Assembly (NCBI GenBank): GCA_964602945.1
Contig: CAZRTE010000001.1
Span: 7,594 to 71,593 of the forward strand
DNA length: 64,000 bases
Origin: an uncultured Gaiellales bacterium
GTDB taxonomy: Bacteria > Actinomycetota > Thermoleophilia > Gaiellales > Gaiellaceae
Reading direction: 5' to 3'
Made by a program: the position numbers and the translations under genes. Of the stretch, positions 26,430 through 34,233 are shown one piece after another (the first letter of the stretch is position 1; the number at the start of each line of letters is the position of its first letter). The notes below the pieces were generated by a model, which was not told the DNA's origin, searched no databases, and worked only from the letters and a program-made list of their open reading frames with translations.

Positions 26430-27274
26430 AGCTCGCGCACCTCCAGCAGCCGGCCCACGTCCGCCTGGGAGTAGACGGGGCCGTCGCGGCAGACGAGGGT
26501 CGGGCCGAGCTGGCAGTGGCCGCAGAGGCCGACGCCGCAGCGCATGTCGCGCTCGAGCGAGAGGATGATCCGCTCGTCCGGGACGCCGCGCTCCCGCAGC
26601 GCCTCGACGGTGAAGTGCATCATCACCTCCGGGCCGCAGACGAAGGCCGTGACGGCCCCGGGACGGAACGACGCCCGCGCGAGGAGCTGCGGCACCACGC
26701 CGACCCTTCCCAGCCACTCCGTCCCCGCGGCATCGACCGTGACCTCGACCGTCGCCTGCGCCCCCCACCCCACGAGCTCGTCGGTGTAGAGCAGGTCCTG
26801 CGGCGTGCGAGCGCCGTAGAGGATGGACACGTCCCGGTAGCGGATGCGCTGGGCGAGGACGCGGCGAACGACCGGACGCAGCGGCGCGAGGCCGATGCCG
26901 CCCGCGACGACGACGATGTCCCCGCCGGACGCCTCGGCGACCGGCCACCCGTTCCCGAACGGACCGCGCAGGCCCAGGACGGCGCCCGGCTCGGCGGCGC
27001 AGATCGCGCGGCTCACCGCGCCGACCGCGCGCACCGTGAGCACGAGCGGGTCGCCCTCCCGCTCGGGGAGGCCGCTGACCGAGATCGGCACCTCGCCGAT
27101 CCCGAAGGCGTGCACCATCACGAACTGCCCGGGCGAGACCTCGAGACCGGCGCCGACGGGCTCGAGCGAGATCGTGGACGTGTCCACCGTGTCCTGCCGC
27201 CGCCCGGCGACGCGGAACGGGAGCGGCACGAACGCACCCGCTGGGTGTTGCTCAGTGAGCGCGGCCGTTGCCAT
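26426..27274 (-). CDS. hyhG: Sulfhydrogenase gamma-like FAD/NAD(P)H-binding subunit with C-terminal 2Fe-2S (HyhG; PyrK-like fold)
   Basis: ORF 26426..27274: ferredoxin-reductase-type layout and C-terminal [14 protein letters not shown]. Confidence 0.8.
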   Translation of the reverse strand: MATAALTEQHPAGAFVPLPFRVAGRRQDTVDTSTISLEPVGAGLEVSPGQFVMVHAFGIGEVPISVSGLPEREGDPLVLTVRAVGAVSRAICAAEPGAVLGLRGPFGNGWPVAEASGGDIVVVAGGIGLAPLRPVVRRVLAQRIRYRDVSILYGARTPQDLLYTDELVGWGAQATVEVTVDAAGTEWLGRVGVVPQLLARASFRPGAVTAFVCGPEVMMHFTVEALRERGVPDERIILSLERDMRCGVGLCGHCQLGPTLVCRDGPVYSQADVGRLLEVREL

Positions 27275-27722
27275 AGATGTCCAGGAGGCGGAGGTGCGTC
27301 CACTGCAGGCGCTCGATCAGGAGCTGCGCGAAGCGGTTCAGGAGGTCGAAGCCGAACGCCGGATCGGCCGCGCACTTGTCCCGCAGGCAGGCGCCGTCGA
27401 AGGACGTCGCCCGTACCTGCGTGAGAGCGCGGGCGTCGAAGTGCGAGCGGTAGGGCGGGAAGAGCCACGACCAGCCCAGCAGGTCACCCGCCTCGACGGT
27501 CGCGATCACGAGGTCGCCGCGCGCCGGCACGAAGTTGCCGATGGCGACGGAGCCGTGGCGGACGAGGTAGAAGTGGTCGGCCGGATCGCCCTGCCTGAAC
27601 ACCGTCTCTCCCGCCTCGAAGCGGATGTTCCGGCCGCAGCCCGCGATGAGCTCCAGCTCCTCCGCGGGCATCCCCTCGAAGAACGGAACGTCCGTGAGCA
27701 GCGTCTCAAGCGACTTCGGCAT
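27252..27722 (-). CDS. Stand-alone cyclic-nucleotide-binding-like domain protein (156 aa, no DNA-binding domain)
   Basis: C-terminal part of artefactual ORF 27252..28613, starting at the ATG at 27722. [15 protein letters not shown]...[27 protein letters not shown]...GDLLGWSWL. Overlaps the hyhB stop by 17 nt and the hyhG start by 23 nt. Confidence 0.75.
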   Translation of the reverse strand: MPKSLETLLTDVPFFEGMPAEELELIAGCGRNIRFEAGETVFRQGDPADHFYLVRHGSVAIGNFVPARGDLVIATVEAGDLLGWSWLFPPYRSHFDARALTQVRATSFDGACLRDKCAADPAFGFDLLNRFAQLLIERLQWTHLRLLDIYGNGRAH

Positions 27723-28875
27723 GGCTCTCCTCCTTTCGCAGCGCAGCGACCTCCTCGGTGATGTCGATCCCGACCGGGCACCAGGTGATGCAGCGGCCAC
27801 ACCCGACGCAACCCGAGGTGCCGAACTGGTCGACCCAGGTGCCGAGCTTGTGCGTGAGCCACTGCCGGTAGCGGGAGCGGGCGGAGGTGCGGATGCTGCC
27901 GCCGTGGATGTACGAGTAGTCGAGCGAGAAGCACGAGTCCCAGACGCGCGTGCGCGCCGTCTCCTCCCCGGCGAGGTCGCTCGTGTCCTCGACCGAGGAG
28001 CAGAAGCACGTCGGGCAGACGAGCGTGCAGTTGCCGCACGTGAGGCAGCGTTCCGCGACCTCGTCCCAGCGCGGGTGCTCGAGCCGGGCGGCGAGGAGGT
28101 CGCGCAGATCCGCGCTCTCCATCGTCCGCCCCATCCGTCCCGCGGCAGCGTCGAGCGCGGCCGCCGCCGCGGCGGCGTCGGCCTCGACGGCCGGACGCGA
28201 CGGAAGCTCGGCGAGCACCTCGGCCCCGCGCTCGCTGCCCGCCTCGGCGAGGAAGCGGTGCTCGCCGTCGAGGAGCTCCGTGAGTGCGAGGTCGTAGCCG
28301 TCCCCGGCGCGCGGCCCCGCGTCCATCGAGGCGCAGAAGCAGGTCCCGCCCGGCTCGACGCAGTTGACGGCGACGAGGAAGGCGCCGTCGCGCCGGGCGG
28401 CGTAGTCGCGGTCGACGAACGTCCCCTCGAGGAAGACGCGATCCTGGATGGCGATCGCCTGCAGCTCGCACGCGCGCACGCCGAGCAGGGCGAGCGGCGT
28501 CTCGTCCGGCGGCTCCTCCTCGACCACCGGAACGCCGCCGTTCGCGCGGGCCCGCCAGAGCTCGACCCGCGGCGGAAAGAGGAAGCGCTTCCACGAGTGC
28601 GGGCCGACGACATAGCCGAAGCGCGCCTCGTCCTCGCGCCGCTCGAGCCGGTAGGAGCCCGGCTCCTGGCGGTCGGTCCAGCCGACGGGGAGCTCCTCGG
28701 CGCCCTCGAGCTCGTCGTAGACGATCGCGCCGTCGCGGATCGTCGGGCCGAGCACGCGGAAGCCGCGGCGCCGCAAAGCTTCGATCAGATCGTCGAGCGC
28801 TTGCGGGAGGAGAACTGCTGAGACATTCGTGAGCTCCACCGCATGCAGCGTCCGCCTCCGCCGCCCCACCTGCAT
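27706..28875 (-). CDS. hyhB: Sulfhydrogenase beta-like Fe-S subunit (HyhB)
   Basis: ORF 27706..28875 (alternative GTG start at 28839): [37 protein letters not shown]. Confidence 0.8.
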   Translation of the reverse strand: MQVGRRRRTLHAVELTNVSAVLLPQALDDLIEALRRRGFRVLGPTIRDGAIVYDELEGAEELPVGWTDRQEPGSYRLERREDEARFGYVVGPHSWKRFLFPPRVELWRARANGGVPVVEEEPPDETPLALLGVRACELQAIAIQDRVFLEGTFVDRDYAARRDGAFLVAVNCVEPGGTCFCASMDAGPRAGDGYDLALTELLDGEHRFLAEAGSERGAEVLAELPSRPAVEADAAAAAAALDAAAGRMGRTMESADLRDLLAARLEHPRWDEVAERCLTCGNCTLVCPTCFCSSVEDTSDLAGEETARTRVWDSCFSLDYSYIHGGSIRTSARSRYRQWLTHKLGTWVDQFGTSGCVGCGRCITWCPVGIDITEEVAALRKEESHAEVA

Positions 28876-28924
28876 CCGGGGCTTCGCGGATCGCCCGGGG
28901 CCGGACTCCGCAGCCGGGTTGCGG

Positions 28925-30250
28925 TCAGCTCTCGAGCTCGTCCCGCAGCGCCTGCAGCGAGTAGAAGACGCCCTCCGAGAAGGTCGGGTAGGGCTGGATC
29001 GTGTCGAGCAGCGTCGCGAGCGGAACCTCGGCCCGGACGGCGAGCGTGAGCTGCCCGAGCCACTCCGCGGCCTGCGGGCCGACGCCGACCGCTCCGGTGA
29101 GAGTCCGGGGGCTCCGGGTCGCGAACAGGCGGAGGAAGCCCGGACGCTGCGGGCGCTCGTACGTCGAGAGCCGCGGCAGTGACCCCAGCTCGATGCGGGC
29201 CGTGACGAGATCGTCCCCCTCCGTGCGGCCCACGGTCGCCACCTCCGGGTCGGTGAAGATCCCGGCGGGAACGGCGCGATAGTCGGCCTTCGCCCACTCG
29301 CCGGCGATGTCGGCGGCCGCGACGCGCGCCTGGTACTTGCCGACGTGGGTGAACTGCGCGATCCCCGTCACGTCCCCGATCGCCCACACGTCACTCGCCG
29401 CCCGCAGCCGCTCGTCCACCTCGATCCCCCGCCGCGAGATCCCGACGCCCAGCTGCTCGAGCCCGAGCCGCTCGACGTTCGGGCGGCGCCCGGTCGCCAC
29501 GAGGAGACGCTCCGCCTCGACCGTGGACCCGTCGGACAGCTCGGCTCGGGGCCCCGGCTCCACGCGCTCGACCGAGACGGCGAGGCGAAGCTCGATCCCC
29601 TCCTCCCTGAACGCGGCCTCGAGCAGCTCGCCGGCGTCGGGGTGGACGCGCCCCAGCAGCCGCTCACTCCCCTCTACGAGCGTGACGCGCGAGCCGAGCC
29701 GGGAGTAGAACTGGGCCAGCTCGCACCCGACCGGCCCGCCGCCGAGGACGAGGAGGCTCTCCGGCGCCTTGTGTGCCCGCGTCGCCTCGCGGTTCGTCCA
29801 GTACTCGACCGACTCGAGCCCCTCCACGGGCGGGATGGCGGGCCGCGAGCCGGTGGCGACGACGAGCCGGTCGTACGGGATCTCCTTGCCGTCCACCTCG
29901 ACGACCCCGGGCCGCAGCACGCTGCCCTCGCCGCGAACGAGCCGGCAGTCCCAGTCCTGGAGGACTTGCAGCTGGCCGGAGTCGTCCCAGTCGGACGTCA
30001 TCCAGTCGCGCCACACCCAGATCTCGTCCGCTGCCGGCTCCTCCGGCCGCAGGCCCGGCGTCCGCCCGAGCGACGCGGCGACCTCGGTCGCGCGCAGCAT
30101 CGTCTTCGTCGGCATGCACGCGAAGTACGAGCACTCGCCGCCGACGAGCCGCTCTTCGACGAGCGTGATCTCCGCCTCGGAATCGAGACGGCGGAGCGCG
30201 CCGACGAAATGCTCGCCGGTCGACCCCCCGCCGAGAACGACCACCCGCAC
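28925..30250 (-). CDS. Class I pyridine-nucleotide-disulfide oxidoreductase (FAD/NAD(P)H; CxxxxC redox centre)
   Basis: ORF 28925..30250: [41 protein letters not shown]-terminal dimerisation domain with PYPTFSEG. Confidence 0.8.
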   Translation of the reverse strand: MRVVVLGGGSTGEHFVGALRRLDSEAEITLVEERLVGGECSYFACMPTKTMLRATEVAASLGRTPGLRPEEPAADEIWVWRDWMTSDWDDSGQLQVLQDWDCRLVRGEGSVLRPGVVEVDGKEIPYDRLVVATGSRPAIPPVEGLESVEYWTNREATRAHKAPESLLVLGGGPVGCELAQFYSRLGSRVTLVEGSERLLGRVHPDAGELLEAAFREEGIELRLAVSVERVEPGPRAELSDGSTVEAERLLVATGRRPNVERLGLEQLGVGISRRGIEVDERLRAASDVWAIGDVTGIAQFTHVGKYQARVAAADIAGEWAKADYRAVPAGIFTDPEVATVGRTEGDDLVTARIELGSLPRLSTYERPQRPGFLRLFATRSPRTLTGAVGVGPQAAEWLGQLTLAVRAEVPLATLLDTIQPYPTFSEGVFYSLQALRDELES

Positions 30251-30350
30251 GGCTACCCGGCCCCGTCCGCGCCCCGGCGCAGCTTCCCCGACACGGCCGG
30301 CGCGACGTTCTGGAAGTCGAAGCTGTGCGGGGCCGCCATGGGGGAATCCT

Positions 30351-30983
30351 CTACGAGAGAAGCGTCTCGAGTCCGACGGTCAGGCCCGGTGGCAGCTCGC
30401 CGAGCTTGGCGAGGGCGAGGAGGACGCCGTCGGCGAAGGACTCCCGACCGGTCGTGTCGTGGCGGATTGTGAGCAGCTGCCCGTCCGCGCCGAAGATCAC
30501 CTCCTGGTGCGCCACGAGACCGGGCAGGCGCACCGAGTGGATCGCCGGGTCGCCGCCGATCAGGTCGGCGGTCATCCTGGCGGTGCCCGACGGCCTGTCC
30601 TTCTTCGCCTCGTTGTGCAGCTCGACGATCTCGGCGCGCGGGAAGTGCACAGCCGCCTCCCGGGCGAAGCGCATCATCAGCACCGCGCCGAGGGAGAAGT
30701 TCGGCGCGACGAAGAGCCGCAGCCCCTTCTCGGCGGCGAGCGCGCCGAGCTCCTCGGGCTGCCAGCCCGTCGTGCCGACGACGCACGACACGCCCTGCTC
30801 GAGCACCGCACGCACGTTCGGGGGCGCCGCTTCGGGCGTCGTGAAGTCGACGGCGGCGTCGCAGCCCTCGACGTTCGGCTCGTCGCCGAGCTCGATCTCG
30901 CGCACCTCGTGGCCGGCGGCGACCAGGCGCGGCACGATTGCGCCACCGGCCTTCCCCTCCGCCCCGAAGAACGCAAGCCTCAC
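30351..30983 (-). CDS. dapB: 4-hydroxy-tetrahydrodipicolinate reductase (short form)
   Basis: Last 210 aa of artefactual ORF 30351..32567. The GTG at 30983 overlaps the pepR stop (GTGA). VVGTTGW, APNFSLGA, ELHNEAKKDRPSGTA. Confidence 0.8.
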   Translation of the reverse strand: MRLAFFGAEGKAGGAIVPRLVAAGHEVREIELGDEPNVEGCDAAVDFTTPEAAPPNVRAVLEQGVSCVVGTTGWQPEELGALAAEKGLRLFVAPNFSLGAVLMMRFAREAAVHFPRAEIVELHNEAKKDRPSGTARMTADLIGGDPAIHSVRLPGLVAHQEVIFGADGQLLTIRHDTTGRESFADGVLLALAKLGELPPGLTVGLETLLS

Positions 30984-32275
30984 GCAGCCTCCTCCGCGAC
31001 GAGCGTCGTGCTCGCGCGTCCGACGGCCTCCCGGAAGCGGGCCTCGTCGGGTCCGACACCCGCGGCCGCGAGCCGCTCCGGCGGCAGGAGCACGGAGGCG
31101 AGCTCCGCCAGCTCTCCGGCGTCGACGGCGTCGATCTCCGCCATCACCCGCTCGAGGGTGAGCAACTCCGTGTCGCTGACGAGGGACTTGCCGAGGCGGC
31201 TCATCCGGTTCGAGGTCGACTCGAGCGAGAGCACGATCCGCCCCTTGAGGTTCTCCTTCGCCCGCTCGAGCTCGCCCTTGCGCAGGCGCCCGGCCGCGAT
31301 CTCGCCGATCTGCTCGACGCAGATCTCGACACAGGCGCCGAGATTCTCCTCCCGTGTGCCGACGTAGATGCCGACGATGCCGGTGTCGCTGTACTGCGCC
31401 GCAAAGCTGTAGACCGCGTAGGCCATGCCGCGCTTCTCGCGGATCTCCTGGAAGAGCCGTGACGAGGCGGAGCCGCCGAGAATCGAGTCGAGCAGCGACG
31501 CGGCGAAGCGGCGGCGGTCCGAGCGGGAGATGCCGGTCGCGCCGATGCAGAGGTGGTACTGCTCCGTCTCCTTGGGCTGGAACTCGAGCCCCGGGCCGGG
31601 AGGCTTCGCGAGCGGACGCCGGACCCGGGTGCCGCCGCGCGAGGGGGCGCCTGCCCGGCGCTCGCTCCGCTGCAGGAGCGCGACCAGCCGGTCGTGCTCG
31701 ACGTTGCCGGCCGCGGCGAGGACGATGTTCCCGGGGGTGTACGCGGTGCGGTGGTAGCCGGCGAGAGCCCGTCTGCTCACCGACGAGATCACCTCCGCCG
31801 TGCCGATCACCGGCCGGCCGAGCGGGTGGTCGCCGAAGACGGCCCTCGAGAACAGGTCGTGGACGAGCTCCTGCGGCGCGTCCTCGTACATCGCGATCTC
31901 CTCGAGCACGACCTCCCGCTCCTGGTCGACCTCCGCGAACGAGGGCGCGTAGACCATGTCGGTCACGACCTCGAGCGCCTGCTCGAGACGGTGGTCGGGC
32001 ACACGTGCGTAGACCACGGTGTTCTCGCGGGAGGTCGCGGCGTTGAGCTCGGCCCCCATCGCGTCGAACGTCTCGGCGATCTCCCGCGCGTCGAAGCGCC
32101 GCGATCCCTTGAACAGGAGGTGCTCGATGAAATGGGAGACGCCCGCCCGCTCGGCCCGCTCGTCGCGGGAGCCGACGTCGATCCAGAAGCCGAGCGCGAC
32201 CGACCGGACGCTCGGCACCCGCTCCGAGACGACCCGCTCGCCCGTGTCGAGCTCGCTCAGCACGACCTTCTGCAC
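30980..32275 (-). CDS. pepR: M16 (pitrilysin/insulinase) family zinc peptidase
   Basis: ORF 30980..32275: HFIEHLLFKG (HxxEH) motif. Position between pnp and dapB as in other Actinobacteria. Confidence 0.85.
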   Translation of the reverse strand: MQKVVLSELDTGERVVSERVPSVRSVALGFWIDVGSRDERAERAGVSHFIEHLLFKGSRRFDAREIAETFDAMGAELNAATSRENTVVYARVPDHRLEQALEVVTDMVYAPSFAEVDQEREVVLEEIAMYEDAPQELVHDLFSRAVFGDHPLGRPVIGTAEVISSVSRRALAGYHRTAYTPGNIVLAAAGNVEHDRLVALLQRSERRAGAPSRGGTRVRRPLAKPPGPGLEFQPKETEQYHLCIGATGISRSDRRRFAASLLDSILGGSASSRLFQEIREKRGMAYAVYSFAAQYSDTGIVGIYVGTREENLGACVEICVEQIGEIAAGRLRKGELERAKENLKGRIVLSLESTSNRMSRLGKSLVSDTELLTLERVMAEIDAVDAGELAELASVLLPPERLAAAGVGPDEARFREAVGRASTTLVAEEAA

Positions 32276-32332
32276 GGCCCGATCGTAGGCGAATCCCCGG
32301 GCCGGCCGATCCGACCGCGCCCTGTCCGGGTG

Positions 32333-32367
32333 GGCCGTGTCCGGGTAACAGATACCCGGACACGGCC
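32333..32367. repeat. Palindrome A: GGCCGTGTCCGGGTA-ACAGA-TACCCGGACACGGCC (15-bp arms)
   Basis: Read directly. Its 25-bp core TGTCCGGGTAACAGATACCCGGACA is 22/25 identical to the core of palindrome B, 91 bp away. Confidence 0.6.
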
Positions 32368-32422
32368 CGAAAGGACATCGCGCCGCACGCCAAGCCAGAT
32401 TCCCGCGGGATCAGGGCGGATC

Positions 32423-32459
32423 GGGACCTGTCCCGGTAACAGTTACCGGGACAGGTCCC
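32423..32459. repeat. Palindrome B: GGGACCTGTCCCGGTAAC-A-GTTACCGGGACAGGTCCC (perfect 18-1-18)
   Basis: Read directly. Starts 10 nt after the stop of the GGDEF gene. No U-tract follows on the transcribed strand. Confidence 0.6.
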
Positions 32460-32469
32460 TACGAGACAG

Positions 32470-34074
32470 TCAGACGCGCGCGACGCAGCGGAGGCCAATG
32501 CCGGCACGCTTGGCCTCGTAGAGCGCGGCGTCGGCGAGCCGGAAGAGCGTCTGGGCGTCCGTCGCATCCTCGGGATACGAGGCGAAGCCGAAGCTCGACT
32601 GTAGGCCGCCGAGCCACGGCTCCCCGCCCGCGGCCAACTCCTCGAGCAGCGATCGCATGCGGTCGACCACGCGCCTCACGGCGTCTTCGGTCGCCTCGAC
32701 GAGCAATACGGCGAACTCGTCGCCGCCGATCCGGAAGGCAGCGTCAGGCTTGCGCAACCCGCGCGCCAGAACGTCCGCGAACCTTGCGAGCGCGGCGTCT
32801 CCCGCGGCGTGGCCGTAGCGGTCGTTCAGATCCTTGAAGCGGTCGAGGTCGGCGATTACGAGGCCGAAGGAACGGCCGTAGCGCTCCGCCCTCGCCACCT
32901 CTCCTTCGAGGCGTTCGATGAACACGCGGCGGTTCAGCAGCTGCGTGAGAGCATCGTGGTCGGCGAGGAAGCGCAGCTGTCCGACCTGTCGCCCCGAGAC
33001 GAGCGCCGCAGCTGCGTCGTTCGCGAAGATGCGGAGCGCCTGAAGGCGGTCGGCCGACGGGACGAGTCGGTCGCTCGGGTTGTCCACCCAGATCATTCCC
33101 AGCAGTTCGCCCTCGCCGTCGTGGAGCGGGACGATCAGGGAGTGTGTGTTCCATGCCCGCGGGCCGCGTCCGTTGAGGCGCGACGGGTAGACCTCGACGT
33201 CCGGCGCCAGCCGTGTCCGCAGCTGTTCCTGCGTGAGGAGGTAGCAGCCCTCGCGCAGGAACTCGTCATCGAGCAGCGGCGCGACTTGTGCGAGGTTGAT
33301 GGACGGGCGTTTCCGAAGCGCCTCGAGCCCCCACCCGGCTGCAGCATGCGGCACGATCGCGCCCGTCTCGGGCTCGATGAGGGCTGCGCACACGTTGCGG
33401 AACTCGAGTGCGTCGTGGATGCCGGTGCAGACGCGGCGCAGGATCTCGTCGCTCGCCGTCTCGCTCGTGATCCGCGACGAAACGGCCAGCAGTTCTTGGA
33501 GCGCCCGCTGGTGGCGGGCCGCTTCGGCTGACTCGCGGGCCTCCTGGAGAGCGAGCGCCGCGTAAGCGGCGAGGGTCACGAGAACGTCGAGCTCCGCGTC
33601 GGTCGGTCTGCGGACGCTGAAGGGTTCGTCGACGGAGATGATCCCGAGCAGGTTCCCATCCTGGTCGCGCATCGGGACGAAGAGCGCATCCTCCGGGTCC
33701 CAGGCCTCCGGATCCGCGGGACGCTCTCCCTGCGGCGTGTAGCTCAGTCCGAGCGACTCCCAGTCGACGTCACCCCGCAGGACGAGGTAGGCCCCGCGCC
33801 GCTCGAATCGGTCTGTGAGGAGGACGGTCCAGTCCGCCCCCTCCCGCACGGTCCCGAGGAGCAGCGAGCGAGCCTCCTCGTTCCCGTACACGGCCGTGAC
33901 CTCGAAGTCGTCCCAGGCCGGCCGGTAGAGGTTGACGGCCACCGTGCGATAGCCGAGCGACTGGCCGATCGTGCGCGCGACAGCGTCGAGCAGTGTCGGG
34001 AGATCCTCCCGCGCCCGCAGAAGACGGGTCACCTCGACGAGGCCCCGCAGCGGTGAGGTCGTTGGAAGTTTCAC
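32470..34074 (-). CDS. GAF-GAF-GGDEF diguanylate cyclase with intact active site and I-site
   Basis: ORF 32470..34074: two GAF-like regions, then RYGHAAGD, RKPD (RxxD) five residues before GGDEF. Confidence 0.85.
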   Translation of the reverse strand: MKLPTTSPLRGLVEVTRLLRAREDLPTLLDAVARTIGQSLGYRTVAVNLYRPAWDDFEVTAVYGNEEARSLLLGTVREGADWTVLLTDRFERRGAYLVLRGDVDWESLGLSYTPQGERPADPEAWDPEDALFVPMRDQDGNLLGIISVDEPFSVRRPTDAELDVLVTLAAYAALALQEARESAEAARHQRALQELLAVSSRITSETASDEILRRVCTGIHDALEFRNVCAALIEPETGAIVPHAAAGWGLEALRKRPSINLAQVAPLLDDEFLREGCYLLTQEQLRTRLAPDVEVYPSRLNGRGPRAWNTHSLIVPLHDGEGELLGMIWVDNPSDRLVPSADRLQALRIFANDAAAALVSGRQVGQLRFLADHDALTQLLNRRVFIERLEGEVARAERYGRSFGLVIADLDRFKDLNDRYGHAAGDAALARFADVLARGLRKPDAAFRIGGDEFAVLLVEATEDAVRRVVDRMRSLLEELAAGGEPWLGGLQSSFGFASYPEDATDAQTLFRLADAALYEAKRAGIGLRCVARV

Positions 34075-34197
34075 GATGCTGGTCCGCGTCCTGCCATCGG
34101 CAGCAATCGCCGCGTCGGCGAGCCGCTTTCAGGGCAAGCCCTCGTCCCCCGAAAGGGGGATATGAGCCGAGGCTCTCGGAGCCAGGTGGGACGAGGC

Positions 34198-34225
34198 GGG
34201 GCCGGCAGCGTCTGCCGCCGGCCCC
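34198..34225 (-). terminator. GC-rich hairpin 8 nt after the pnp stop (stem GGGGCCGGC/GCCGGCCCC), no U-tract
   Basis: Read directly. Candidate U-less terminator or 3' stabiliser. Confidence 0.35.
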
Positions 34226-34233
34226 TGCCGCTG

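Noticed and set aside
30351-32567. 738-aa ORF, and similar long ORFs 10411..11880, 11238..13640, 12695..14059, 17439..18845, 25656..26948, 27252..28613, 46766..47725, 49907..52771
   Set aside because: Their N-terminal parts are Arg-rich out-of-frame read-through of the upstream gene. Only the C-terminal portions after an internal start, usually overlapping the upstream stop, look like real proteins, so the starts were re-assigned.
34075-34233. Cluster of small hairpins (CCCCC-GAAA-GGGGG at 34147-34160, AGGGC-AA-GCCCT, GAGCC-GA-GGCTC) upstream of the GGDEF gene as a riboswitch
   Set aside because: I recognise no known riboswitch consensus. The region also serves as the pnp 3' end. The evidence was too weak to report as a feature.
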